Made by a program: the position numbers and the translations under genes
Shown: piece by piece, positions 17,384 through 26,181 of the stretch
Layout of the letters: each line of letters opens with the position of its first letter
How positions within the stretch are numbered: the stretch's first letter is position 1
Notes under the pieces: generated by a model
Told to the model about the DNA's origin: nothing
Database searches by the model: none
What the model saw: only the letters and a program-made list of their open reading frames with translations
Assembly: GCA_045587285.1 (NCBI GenBank)
Contig: JAZNBZ010000146.1
Location: 1-35,830 of the forward strand
DNA length: 35,830 nucleotides
Origin: Candidatus Flemingiibacterium sp.
GTDB taxonomy: Bacteria > Bacillota > Clostridia > Oscillospirales > CAG-272
Direction: 5' to 3'

Positions 17384-17556
17384 ATCTTTTGTATTTCCCC
17401 ACTTTCAATGAATTTTGTGACCTTGCCGCACTTGTAGCACCAAAGGTCTTTTATATGTCCTTTTTTACGCCGCTTGCCAACCTTCCGCGGTATGCAAAAT
17501 TTTATACCGCATTGACTGCACCGCAGCTCCGATATCAACATAGGCTGTTTACGCAT
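17380..17556 (-). CDS. 58-aa zinc-ribbon protein resembling ribosomal protein bL33 (not in the ORF track)
   Basis: hand translation MRKQPMLISELRCSQCGIKFCIPRKVGKRRKKGHIKDLWCYKCGKVTKFIESGEIQKI; fills the gap exactly and has an ATGA overlap downstream. Confidence 0.8.
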   Translation of the reverse strand: MRKQPMLISELRCSQCGIKFCIPRKVGKRRKKGHIKDLWCYKCGKVTKFIESGEIQKI

Positions 17557-17557
17557 A

Positions 17558-17794
17558 TCAGAACGGCAACGTGTTGTTTCGCTGCATTGTGCCGATCTCC
17601 GAGAACAGCCTTATTACCGCCTCGGTTTCACGCCTTGAAAGCACGATAAGACTATCCTCGTTCTGATCGTCCTCTCGATAGTTTCTGATGGTAATGCATC
17701 CGTCACTGTTCAGAGCCGCCTGACAGCGCGGCGAATCGCCAAAAAGTATTTTCTCGCTCTCGTCAACGGTCATTCTTCGCTTTATGTATCGCAT
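17558..17794 (-). CDS. hypothetical protein
   Basis: 78-aa ORF with AAGGAG RBS. Confidence 0.7.
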   Translation of the reverse strand: MRYIKRRMTVDESEKILFGDSPRCQAALNSDGCITIRNYREDDQNEDSLIVLSRRETEAVIRLFSEIGTMQRNNTLPF

Positions 17795-18036
17795 TGTTTT
17801 TTACTCCTTTTCTTGTATTGCTTACACCTGCCACCCGGCACGTAAACGTTCAGCGAATCGTAACTGCCGTTCTTGTTGAACCTGCATAAGCACACTCCGT
17901 ATAATCCAAACTCACCGTCGCGGTTAGTGTACCTTCTCGGCTCTTTAAACTCCGCAAAATGCTCACAGGTGTAGCAGCACTCCGAAGCCTCTTTACGTTT
18001 AGGTTCTTCGTCACCAAACATACTAATCTGCTGCAT
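17782..18036 (-). CDS. hypothetical Cys-rich protein
   Basis: 84 aa, QISMF start, CYTCEHF motif. Confidence 0.7.
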   Translation of the reverse strand: MQQISMFGDEEPKRKEASECCYTCEHFAEFKEPRRYTNRDGEFGLYGVCLCRFNKNGSYDSLNVYVPGGRCKQYKKRSKKQCDT

Positions 18037-18573
18037 TTATTCTCCTTCCCCAAACGTCTGGGAATTTCCGCCGATCACGACCTCGCCGTTATCGCCGATA
18101 ATCTTTCCGTCATCATAATCAAGTATAACACCGTCGTCCCCTATGATCTCGGTCTTAAAAAGGGTAGCATCTACTTTTACCTGATCTCTGCTGAACCTCT
18201 CGATAATCGAATTGGTGCTATATATCCTCCTTAAACCGTCTTTAAATGTAGGCTTGTACTCCTCCCACTTAAGGTGTACCCCGTACCAATCCATTACAAG
18301 CTCGGACTCCTCGGTGATCGCAATAATAAAGTACAGAGCCTCGTTATCCTTCAGAGTGCTATCCTCAACCGGGATTACCGCAAACATAACGTGCTGACCT
18401 TCGTATTTCTCGTCTGAGGCTATCTCTTCCTTCGCCCATTCAAGCGGAGTTTTCAGTTCTCCGTCACTCGCATGACCCTCGATCCCTAAGGCATAGCTCA
18501 CTATCATTCCTACGGCTACGATCGCCACAAGGATCGCACCGATAATACACACAAATTTAATTCCCTTTTTCAT
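18037..18573 (-). CDS. membrane-anchored or exported acidic protein
   Basis: MKK plus long hydrophobic helix; GGAGGA RBS. Confidence 0.75.
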   Translation of the reverse strand: MKKGIKFVCIIGAILVAIVAVGMIVSYALGIEGHASDGELKTPLEWAKEEIASDEKYEGQHVMFAVIPVEDSTLKDNEALYFIIAITEESELVMDWYGVHLKWEEYKPTFKDGLRRIYSTNSIIERFSRDQVKVDATLFKTEIIGDDGVILDYDDGKIIGDNGEVVIGGNSQTFGEGE

Positions 18574-18576
18574 TTC

Positions 18577-18921
18577 TTATTCCTCCGTATTTTTGTTTAA
18601 AATTTCGTCAACGATTGATGAAAGCACCGTCTTTTTTAAATACCATCCGTGATATGCTAACTGATCCTTGATGCGCTCATTCAACCTCTCCTGCATCTCT
18701 CTCGCGGTGTCGGCTCGTTCCCTCTTCAAGAACACCTCTTTGTCGGTTGCCGTTCCGTATTGCAAAGCATAAGACTCGCAAATACCTGTCAACCTCTCGT
18801 TCTCCTCGGTGAGTTCCTTGATAAGCCTAATTGCCTTGCGGATGCACTCCATATCTTCCACATAGGTACTGTCATTTTGTAAAAGTCCGTTTATTATTTC
18901 TTCCGTATTAAGATTTTCCAT
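18577..18921 (-). CDS. hypothetical protein (likely start MENLN at 18921)
   Basis: AAGGAG RBS; coiled coil and RADTAREMQERL motif. Confidence 0.7.
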   Translation of the reverse strand: MENLNTEEIINGLLQNDSTYVEDMECIRKAIRLIKELTEENERLTGICESYALQYGTATDKEVFLKRERADTAREMQERLNERIKDQLAYHGWYLKKTVLSSIVDEILNKNTEE

Positions 18922-19288
18922 TTTCGCTCCTTTCTCCGTCCATTTTTGCTCCGCAATGACAATAAGGATAATTCTCCCTTGCGTATGCAATAGTTTTTTC
19001 ATCATCAAACTCATAAGGAACATAGAAAGTTCTCTTGCAAAAAGGGCACTCGACATATATCTCCTCGTCAAAATCATCAATCAACCGATATAACCTTGAT
19101 TTTATCTCCCACTCTCCGTGCCTAACCTCAACCACATCGGCGGTGGGTGCAATTCGCTCGTTTTTGAGCATCCCCCGAATTTCGCCTATCGTGAATTTTA
19201 TTCGTCTCGGATAATTAAGAAAAATCCCTGCTATTCCATCTCGGAACAATTCGCTTTCAAGTTTATCCGCATCAATATACCTGCTCAT
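18908..19288 (-). CDS. hypothetical zinc-finger protein (start MSRYIDAD)
   Basis: YIDADKL, PTADVVEVRHGEW, CPFC...YCHCGAKMDG motifs common in Bacillota phage early genes. Confidence 0.75.
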   Translation of the reverse strand: MSRYIDADKLESELFRDGIAGIFLNYPRRIKFTIGEIRGMLKNERIAPTADVVEVRHGEWEIKSRLYRLIDDFDEEIYVECPFCKRTFYVPYEFDDEKTIAYARENYPYCHCGAKMDGERSENGKS

Positions 19289-19305
19289 TCCCCACCCTCG
19301 CTTTC
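19284..19305. repeat. 22-bp direct repeat, copy 1 (gene-junction cassette)
   Basis: ctcattccccaccctcgctttc, identical at 19532..19553. Confidence 0.9.
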
Positions 19306-19536
19306 CTCGACAACATCGTGACCTAAACACCCTTTTTGATAATCGAAATTGTCACAATCACCCATTGGCAATACTCTCCTACCAAGAGATAACTGTCCGT
19401 TAAGAAAATCCCTTACCTCTTTTACAGTATTGAGTTTTTTTCCGTCAACTGTAATTGCACCCTTTAGCATTTTTGCATTGTTTATACCGCCTTGTATATC
19501 AAGGCAACAATGCATCCTATACCGCCTTGTACTCAT
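19285..19536 (-). CDS. hypothetical protein (start MSTRRY)
   Basis: 83 aa bounded by the 22-bp repeats; CDNFDYQKGCLGH motif. Confidence 0.7.
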   Translation of the reverse strand: MSTRRYRMHCCLDIQGGINNAKMLKGAITVDGKKLNTVKEVRDFLNGQLSLGRRVLPMGDCDNFDYQKGCLGHDVVEESEGGE

Positions 19537-19553
19537 TCCCCACCCTCGCTTTC
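19532..19553. repeat. 22-bp direct repeat, copy 2
   Basis: identical to 19284..19305. Confidence 0.9.
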
Positions 19554-19742
19554 TAACATTTCCGCTATCATCTTGCCTCTTTCGTGAATGGTTATCCAAC
19601 CCTCATACTCGCTATCTAACCACTCCGCAAGAAACAGTGGTGAGTTATTACTCATTCTGCCTATCTCTACGGCTTCATATAAAACCCATTCCACAAGTTT
19701 TTGGGTGTCTAATTTAGATAGGTATTCTCTGTTTGTCATCAT
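19533..19742 (-). CDS. hypothetical protein (start MMTNREYL)
   Basis: GAGG RBS; MTNRE...EWLDSE pattern. Confidence 0.65.
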   Translation of the reverse strand: MMTNREYLSKLDTQKLVEWVLYEAVEIGRMSNNSPLFLAEWLDSEYEGWITIHERGKMIAEMLESEGGE

Positions 19743-20082
19743 TCTCCCTCGCTTCTGCCAAATGGTCTTTGTACCTATCGCAATACTCTTTTGCGGAGCA
19801 GGTTTCGCAATCTTCCCACTCAAGATAATCGTAGTCGCAGACGAAACAACAATCTTTAACAAGGGCAATTCTGTCCTTTGGATTATCCCAATCAAGATGC
19901 CACTTGCCCTCTTTGTAATACTTATCTGCGATTGGCTCTCTACGCACATAAATATTCGTAAATTCTGTTTCATCGCAACAAGGCGTACACATTGCCAAAG
20001 ACTTTGCCTTGCCTCTTGTTTCGGCAAACACAATCTCCGCACCGTAACACGAAACCTTGTCTTGCACAAACCACGCTTTCAT
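19714..20082 (-). CDS. hypothetical Cys-rich protein
   Basis: 122 aa; IVFAETRGKAKS motif; C-terminal Cys cluster. Confidence 0.7.
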   Translation of the reverse strand: MKAWFVQDKVSCYGAEIVFAETRGKAKSLAMCTPCCDETEFTNIYVRREPIADKYYKEGKWHLDWDNPKDRIALVKDCCFVCDYDYLEWEDCETCSAKEYCDRYKDHLAEARENDDKQRIPI

Positions 20083-20867
20083 TTGTTACCCTCGCTTTCG
20101 TATTTCTTTTTTCTGTGCTTCGGCTCAAATCCGCTTTCAAATACTTTTTCAAGTTCAAAAATATTGCCGTATTCGCCAAACTTGTTATTCTTAAAGTTCT
20201 TCATTGGTCTTTCAATTCGGCTCTGCATTTGCTTTAACCCCTCCCAATAATTCGGCAGATAATACCACATATTCCACAGTTCCCAAGCGTTTTTATTGGC
20301 ACAACACCAACAACTCACTCGGTCAAGGATTGTGTATAGGTCAATGTATCCACTCTCAGTCTGTGGCGTTTTTTCAAGCCACTCAATGCCGTTCTGTCGG
20401 TTGATTTCAAGGCAATCCGCTTGCGAATACCCCCAATCTGCCAAAGGTGAACGCTTATACCATTCAAGTTCTGCAATTCTTTTCGGCTCGTCTAAAGCAA
20501 GACCAATATAGACTATTGCATTTTTATCAAAAGCATATTTGTTAAGTGTTGCAATCTTTTCAAATGTCCCCCAACGACAAGCACCACCACACCAGCCATC
20601 GCCGAAAACTTTTTCTCCGTTTCTCTTTGTTTTGGGTCTTTCCAACATATCATAAAGGAAATCGTTTTTTGGTCTTAGCTCGGTGCATTTAATCCCCAAA
20701 GGCTCGCACTTTGCCTTGACTTTTTCCCAAAGTCTGTCAATGCACTCAAAGTCCATTCCGTTGTTGTAGCGGATAACCTCGTTAAGAGGATACCCTCTGC
20801 GGATTAACTCCCATACCATAGTCATACTGTCGTTGCCACAACTGCAACTTGCTATATAATATGACAT
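20079..20867 (-). CDS. PAPS-reductase family (PP-loop) protein
   Basis: ASCSCGNDS PP-loop variant, WCGGACRWGT..K, YIGLALDEPKR and RVSCWCC motifs. Confidence 0.8.
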   Translation of the reverse strand: MSYYIASCSCGNDSMTMVWELIRRGYPLNEVIRYNNGMDFECIDRLWEKVKAKCEPLGIKCTELRPKNDFLYDMLERPKTKRNGEKVFGDGWCGGACRWGTFEKIATLNKYAFDKNAIVYIGLALDEPKRIAELEWYKRSPLADWGYSQADCLEINRQNGIEWLEKTPQTESGYIDLYTILDRVSCWCCANKNAWELWNMWYYLPNYWEGLKQMQSRIERPMKNFKNNKFGEYGNIFELEKVFESGFEPKHRKKKYESEGNK

Positions 20868-20868
20868 T

Positions 20869-21261
20869 TTAGGTTCCTCCTTCGTATTTCTTTTTGAGTT
20901 CGGTAATATGTTCCTCGACTACTCGTAGACTGTAAATTCTGCCGTCTAACATAGCGAGGAATGATAAGTTAGGTTCGAATGTCTCTTTGTGTTTATCTCT
21001 TGTTTCACAAGCGATTTTTGTTTGTACGTTTAGCAGTTCCTCTATCTCCGCAAAAATCTCCCTCGCAACTTCCGATGCCTTGCGGTAGCCTTTAGTAACA
21101 TATAGGTGCCTTGCAATCCGCATAAAGTGAGATTCAGGATCATCGTCAGCTCCGTTTACCGCAGCATGTACAAAATCAATCCCATCAAGAGCCGTTCCAC
21201 GCTCATAAATATCTCTCGCTAACTGTTTGATTTCCTCAATCTGCTTTTCTTCGTTGTTCAT
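20869..21261 (-). CDS. hypothetical protein
   Basis: EKQIEE...GYRKASEVAREIF...LKKKYE; ATGA overlap. Confidence 0.7.
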   Translation of the reverse strand: MNNEEKQIEEIKQLARDIYERGTALDGIDFVHAAVNGADDDPESHFMRIARHLYVTKGYRKASEVAREIFAEIEELLNVQTKIACETRDKHKETFEPNLSFLAMLDGRIYSLRVVEEHITELKKKYEGGT

Positions 21262-21665
21262 TCAATTTTTATCCTTTCCTCGAATTTTTTATAGCATTTT
21301 TCGCAATCGGGATTAGCGCCGTATGAGCAACGAATACACCCGTCCTGAAACACCTGTACGTTGCTATCAAGACAAGCGTGAACGGTGCTGCCTTGATACT
21401 GAATATAATGCTCGCAGTAAAATGTTGTGTAACATACGCCGCCCCTGCACCAATGCGCTTGATCGTTTTTCCAATCGGTCCACGCCCTTCTCGGTGGCTC
21501 GCCGGGATGCGCTTTGTCGTAAGGCTCGTTTTTAGCTCGGTAATCGTCGTAGCACTCGCCATAAGGACATCGCCCCGACCACCAATATAAACAGTCCTTG
21601 CAAACGCACTCTCCACAGCCTCCCACCGACAATGTAGGATCGAACATTGTAATTTGCGTTCCCAT
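21258..21665 (-). CDS. hypothetical Cys-rich protein (likely start MGTQITMFD)
   Basis: about 12 Cys in 135 aa; starts 2 nt after the methyltransferase stop. Confidence 0.7.
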   Translation of the reverse strand: MGTQITMFDPTLSVGGCGECVCKDCLYWWSGRCPYGECYDDYRAKNEPYDKAHPGEPPRRAWTDWKNDQAHWCRGGVCYTTFYCEHYIQYQGSTVHACLDSNVQVFQDGCIRCSYGANPDCEKCYKKFEERIKIE

Positions 21666-21667
21666 AC

Positions 21668-23728
21668 TCAACTCGTCATAACATCGTGAAGATGTTCCAT
21701 ATCCTCGATCTTGACCGTACAGCACTCGGGGAGATTAGCTCTTACAAGCGCCTCGGCTACCGCAGGGCAAACGGCATTACCGCAGCGAGCGACTTGATCG
21801 CTACGGCTTATCGGATTACCCTTAACGTCACGGTCAATGATGTAATCGTGCGGAAAGCCCATAGCATCGTAAAGCTCCCTGGGAGAAAGCATTCTAAGAC
21901 CGATATCAGAAATATAATACCAAATACCGCGGATATTAAGGAGCAGTATCTCATCGTCCTTAATGTCATAATCGCAATAGGTATTAAGGAGCTTGCGGAC
22001 CTCGCTCCAGTAACCAAGTTCGGTATGACCGTCCCACTTGACGAGCATCGTTCTGATATCCGCAAACTGACCGTCACGTGCCGTTACCGTCATAAGCGGT
22101 TCAAGAGGATTCTGCCCCTTGTCTTTGCCCTTGAAGTGAGCGAGATGCGCACAGGTCACGCCCTCACGCTCCATCGTGGTTATCGTCGCAAGCGGCTTTT
22201 CTACTGAGTGATAATGACCGTCACCGCTGAAATACTGCGTAAGCCACGCCGCGCTTAAGCCGTAGCGGTTAGATCCGTCAACGGTATTGAGCGCCGCGTC
22301 AACTCTCTGCCCTCTTACCTCTTTCTTGCTCTGCTCCGAGTGATACTGTATAAGGCTCGGAGCTATAACAAAATTACGGTCGCCCGTGGTTATAGTCGGT
22401 ACCGGCTCGTCCATTCCGTGACAAGCGTTGCCGGTGTTGTTACTCATTACGTACGGCGCAAGCTTCGGAGATACAACACCGCCCGTATATTTTGCCGTTA
22501 TCGTGTTGATAGGCTCGTCCACACTTTGGGATCTATCACCGCCGCTATGGTTACATTCTACGGCAAACGGCATTACCTTCGGTTCAATAACCATCTGCGA
22601 ACCTGTACCCGTGATCGTGTTGACAGGATCATTCATTGACGTTCCTACGGCGTTCTGATGGTTGTGCATGTGGAACGGAACACATTTTGGCTCCACCACT
22701 GCGAAACTATCCTTGCTCGTTATGGTGTTTAAAGGCTTTTCAATCGAATGGAACGTTCCGTTCCCGTGCTTGCACTCCACCGAGTACGGCGTAAGAAGCG
22801 GATCGCATAAATATTGCTTTGTGCTTCCGACAACCGTTGAAAGAGGATCGTTAATATCGTGTACTCTCGGCTTCTGCCCTTCCTTCTCTCCGTAACCACG
22901 CGGAATAATGAACGGCTCCGCGCTCTTAATAACGAATTTATCAAGACCTCTCGCTATGCGCTGAAGCGTGTTAGGCTTTAGCGGTCTTTTAACCGTAAGA
23001 CCGTACTGTTCCTTAATCGTTTCCTTGCTCTCAAATATTGACGGACAAGGTACACTGAAGTCAATGACCTCTGATGCGGCTCTCCAAGGCTTAAGCAGAC
23101 CGCTCTTGACCTCTGCACTATCCCTCGGCGCGTGTGTAGGATCAGGGAATACTATCGGTCTGCCGTCACACCTTGCTATCAGATGAAAACGTGTGCGTAT
23201 AGTCGGTGCGCCCTGATCTGCTGCGCAAATTTCTCGCGTTTCAATTTTGTAGCCGAGGTCTTCAAGCTGCTTGTACCACTTCGTATACGTCTGCCCTGCT
23301 TTGCTTTTGATAGGCTTGCCCTTGCGGACAGGTCCCCACGTAACAAATTCGGGAACGTTCTCAAGCATTATAACGTCCGGGCGTACCTTTGCCGCCCATT
23401 TAAGCACAACCCACGCAAGACCTCTTATTTTCTTGTCTACGAGCGCCTTGCCCTTTGCCCTACTAAAGTGCTTGCAGTCGGGAGAAAACCACGCAAGGCG
23501 CACGTGTCTGCCTCTCACGGCATCTTCGGGATCGACTTGCCAAACGTCCTCTATGTAATGCTCCGTAAACGGATGGTTGCGGCGGTGCATCATTATTGCC
23601 GCCTCGTTGTGATTGATAGCAACATCAACGGGATGACCTGTCGCCATCTCGATGCCAGTTGAAGCTCCGCCGCCCCCGGCAAAGCTGTCAACAATGCAGT
23701 AATCAAATAGGCTTGTCTGTTTCGGCAT
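21668..23728 (-). CDS. DNA cytosine-5 methyltransferase with a repeat-expanded variable region
   Basis: motif I FAGGGG, IV SPDCKHFS, VI ENV, VIII RTR, IX RMLSPREL, X GNAV. Confidence 0.95.
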   Translation of the reverse strand: MPKQTSLFDYCIVDSFAGGGGASTGIEMATGHPVDVAINHNEAAIMMHRRNHPFTEHYIEDVWQVDPEDAVRGRHVRLAWFSPDCKHFSRAKGKALVDKKIRGLAWVVLKWAAKVRPDVIMLENVPEFVTWGPVRKGKPIKSKAGQTYTKWYKQLEDLGYKIETREICAADQGAPTIRTRFHLIARCDGRPIVFPDPTHAPRDSAEVKSGLLKPWRAASEVIDFSVPCPSIFESKETIKEQYGLTVKRPLKPNTLQRIARGLDKFVIKSAEPFIIPRGYGEKEGQKPRVHDINDPLSTVVGSTKQYLCDPLLTPYSVECKHGNGTFHSIEKPLNTITSKDSFAVVEPKCVPFHMHNHQNAVGTSMNDPVNTITGTGSQMVIEPKVMPFAVECNHSGGDRSQSVDEPINTITAKYTGGVVSPKLAPYVMSNNTGNACHGMDEPVPTITTGDRNFVIAPSLIQYHSEQSKKEVRGQRVDAALNTVDGSNRYGLSAAWLTQYFSGDGHYHSVEKPLATITTMEREGVTCAHLAHFKGKDKGQNPLEPLMTVTARDGQFADIRTMLVKWDGHTELGYWSEVRKLLNTYCDYDIKDDEILLLNIRGIWYYISDIGLRMLSPRELYDAMGFPHDYIIDRDVKGNPISRSDQVARCGNAVCPAVAEALVRANLPECCTVKIEDMEHLHDVMTS

Positions 23729-23891
23729 CTCGCGTTACTCCTTTAACCATTTCTTTTCGTTTTAGGTCGATATTAAAAACGACCAATGCTGAGGAAGTAT
23801 TCCCCTTCAGATGCTTGTAGTATCTGATAAGATCATCGGCAAACTCATTGATCGCCGCGGCTCTTATCTCCTGTATTTCTTTATCTGGCAT
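23703..23891 (-). CDS. hypothetical protein (start MPDKE)
   Basis: GGAGG RBS; IRAAAINEFADDL motif. Confidence 0.65.
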   Translation of the reverse strand: MPDKEIQEIRAAAINEFADDLIRYYKHLKGNTSSALVVFNIDLKRKEMVKGVTRDAETDKPI

Positions 23892-23902
23892 AATTCCCTC
23901 CC

Positions 23903-24301
23903 TCAGAACGGCAGATCGTCCTCTGTCGTGCTCTCCTGCCACTCGGTAGCGGTTGGAACGCTCTGTGTAAATTCGGGCGCCGCCTGCGCTTCACTCTGCC
24001 CTACCTTGCGGATAACGTGTGCCTCGTCAACCTTTACCTCTATCGCGGTTCTCTTTGCTCCGCTGCGGTCCTCATACTGTCTTGTAGTCAGGCACCCGTG
24101 TACCTCAACGGTATCGCCCTTCTTGGCTCTGCTTATGTAGTCAGCCGTATGTTCCCAAGCGACACAGGTATAAAAATCCGTAACGTCCTTTACCCTCGGT
24201 CTGTCTACCGCAAGACTGAAGGTACAGACCGCTTTTCCGCTCGGTGTCTGCCTAAGCTCCGGCGTATGGCTAAGCCGACCGCTCATCACTACTACGTTCA
24301 T
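23903..24301 (-). CDS. ssb: single-stranded DNA-binding protein
   Basis: MNVVVMSGRL...PELRQTPSG OB-fold; C-terminal DDLPF. Confidence 0.95.
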   Translation of the reverse strand: MNVVVMSGRLSHTPELRQTPSGKAVCTFSLAVDRPRVKDVTDFYTCVAWEHTADYISRAKKGDTVEVHGCLTTRQYEDRSGAKRTAIEVKVDEAHVIRKVGQSEAQAAPEFTQSVPTATEWQESTTEDDLPF

Positions 24302-24561
24302 GCGCTCTCTTGCTCCTTTTCTCTCTGCATATTTTTGAAATCAACTTCAAGAACGACATCGGCAGGATCTGCGTATGTCACACTGTGCTTGTTCTTATCA
24401 AGTAGCTGCACAAATCCCATTTCCTCGCCCTTGTCGTTATAGCGGAATCCGACCTCTGATATACGGGTATAGGTGATGTTATCTCGGTGACAACATAGCA
24501 TTGCCGTATGTACCACCGGCAAGCCCTTCCTCGCCGCTTCTCTGCATTCTGATAAGTTCAT
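24298..24561 (-). CDS. hypothetical protein
   Basis: 87-aa ORF with ATGA overlaps on both sides. Confidence 0.7.
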   Translation of the reverse strand: MNLSECREAARKGLPVVHTAMLCCHRDNITYTRISEVGFRYNDKGEEMGFVQLLDKNKHSVTYADPADVVLEVDFKNMQREKEQESA

Positions 24562-25316
24562 CGTCTACCGCCTTCCTTTTCATTTATTCGCGCAACCCAA
24601 AGATCTGCTGCTTTCGTCCAATCCGGCAGGCAATCCCAATTTTTCATTGCATTGTATGCAACGAATTTTCTTGCTTCGCTTAAAGCATCTACACCATGAT
24701 CAAAGCAAGGGAAATTCTCTTTAAAATACTTTAAAACGTGAATCTCAGGCATTTGTAAAAAAACAGAAGAGTTTTCCACAGCCTCACTCTCTCGCGCGTG
24801 CGTGTGCGCGTTGTTGTAGTAAGTATTATTATTTACTTTAATCTTATTTACTTTACTTTGGGGATTATCGCCATCATTTATCGAGTTATTGTCAACATTA
24901 ATCCCGTTATTGTCAACATTAATCCAATTCGAAGGCATAGGGATCAAAAGGTATCGACCATCGATTTTTTGCAAGGTTCTGCGCTCGGTGGCTTCCGCGT
25001 ACCTCTCTTGTACGCCTTCAGATGTAAGCACACCGTATTTATCGAACCTCTCTCGATCGAAAATACCCCTTCTTATGCAAGCTGAGACCACCTCACGCAC
25101 AACGTTGACACCCACGCCGTTTTCGTTCGCAAACATCAACGCCACATCGTTGTCCCAATAGGTGTAGTAACCTTTAACGCCATATATGCGCTGCCATAAT
25201 GCAATAAGGATTCCTACACCCACAGGACCGAACTCAGCCCTTAAAAGCTTCACACTATCGGAAAACTGACAATTAACCGGGAAATAGTCGACACCGTCCT
25301 TTTGCGGTCTCGCCAT
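24558..25316 (-). CDS. replication initiator (DUF4373 / Lin1244-like)
   Basis: MARPQKDGVDYFP...YGVLTSEGVQERY N-domain, low-complexity linker, QSKVNKIKVN. Confidence 0.85.
   Translation of the reverse strand: MARPQKDGVDYFPVNCQFSDSVKLLRAEFGPVGVGILIALWQRIYGVKGYYTYWDNDVALMFANENGVGVNVVREVVSACIRRGIFDRERFDKYGVLTSEGVQERYAEATERRTLQKIDGRYLLIPMPSNWINVDNNGINVDNNSINDGDNPQSKVNKIKVNNNTYYNNAHTHARESEAVENSSVFLQMPEIHVLKYFKENFPCFDHGVDALSEARKFVAYNAMKNWDCLPDWTKAADLWVARINEKEGGRR
24820..24925. promoter_or_regulatory. probable replication origin inside the initiator gene
   Basis: 20-bp repeat gttattgtcaacattaatcc at 24885 and 24906, a degenerate copy near 24863, and an adjacent AT-rich tttacttt tract. Confidence 0.7.
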
Positions 25317-25328
25317 TTCTTTCCCTCC

Positions 25329-26147
25329 TTATTCTTCGACGACCTCTCCTGCTTCGGTTCCGTCATTCTCGGAGCTTACCTCGGTGTAATCTGCCTCGTA
25401 GATCGTTTCGTCACTGATCTCGTACATATCCTCGGAAAGCTTGCTCTTTATCGTTTCATCACTTGTTACCGCGCGGACAAAATCACTCTTTAAAGGCGCG
25501 TATTTCAGCACTCTCTTGAGTACTGTCTTTTTCGCCATTTCCTCAAACGAGGTCTTCCAGGGAGAAAAGCTCGTTTTGTACGCCTGGGAGTATTTCTCAG
25601 CGTGACGGCGAACGTCATCCATAGACATTACCTCAAAGCCGTAGCCGCCGCTCTTGGTCTTGAACATCGCGTATACGCTTACCGCTTCACCACGATCGCC
25701 ACCTGCCGGCTTATGTATGAGCGTAGGATTAAGACCGTATGAGCATTCAAATTCATCGTTCTCGTAAACGATATGCGCCTGTACTACCTCGATCTCACCG
25801 GAACGGTACGCGAGGTCGATAAGACCTTTATATCCGATCTGAAACTGTACCTCGTCAACTCCGTGATTTTTGAACGGTATCAGATAAGCCTGTCCGAGCG
25901 GTGTGTTCGGCTCTAAGCCAAGCTGCGCGGCGTTCATCATCGCGCCAAGGAAAGACTTAGGCGTACAAGCGCCGAGCTTAGGATTTGTGGACAGAGCCGA
26001 GAGAACCATTCGGGTAAATCTCTCAGGAGTAAGAACGGAAGGGAGCGCCTTCTTGATCTCGCCCTCCATACTCTTAATATAGCTCTGTATGGTCTTCTTT
26101 TCTCCGTTGCCGTTGGTCGCAACCTTATTCTGAATAGTGTTTGCCAT
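25329..26147 (-). CDS. recT: RecT recombinase
   Basis: ALPSVLTPERFTR, AAQLGLEP...LGQAYLIPF, QIGYKGLIDLAYRSG, EMAKKTV. Confidence 0.95.
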   Translation of the reverse strand: MANTIQNKVATNGNGEKKTIQSYIKSMEGEIKKALPSVLTPERFTRMVLSALSTNPKLGACTPKSFLGAMMNAAQLGLEPNTPLGQAYLIPFKNHGVDEVQFQIGYKGLIDLAYRSGEIEVVQAHIVYENDEFECSYGLNPTLIHKPAGGDRGEAVSVYAMFKTKSGGYGFEVMSMDDVRRHAEKYSQAYKTSFSPWKTSFEEMAKKTVLKRVLKYAPLKSDFVRAVTSDETIKSKLSEDMYEISDETIYEADYTEVSSENDGTEAGEVVEE

Positions 26148-26181
26148 TGTTTTATATCTCCTTTTAAATCCGCTAAAGCGG

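Noticed and set aside
19284-19553. 22-bp repeats as a CRISPR mini-array
   Set aside because: Only two exact copies, 248 bp apart, inside coding junctions; no cas genes
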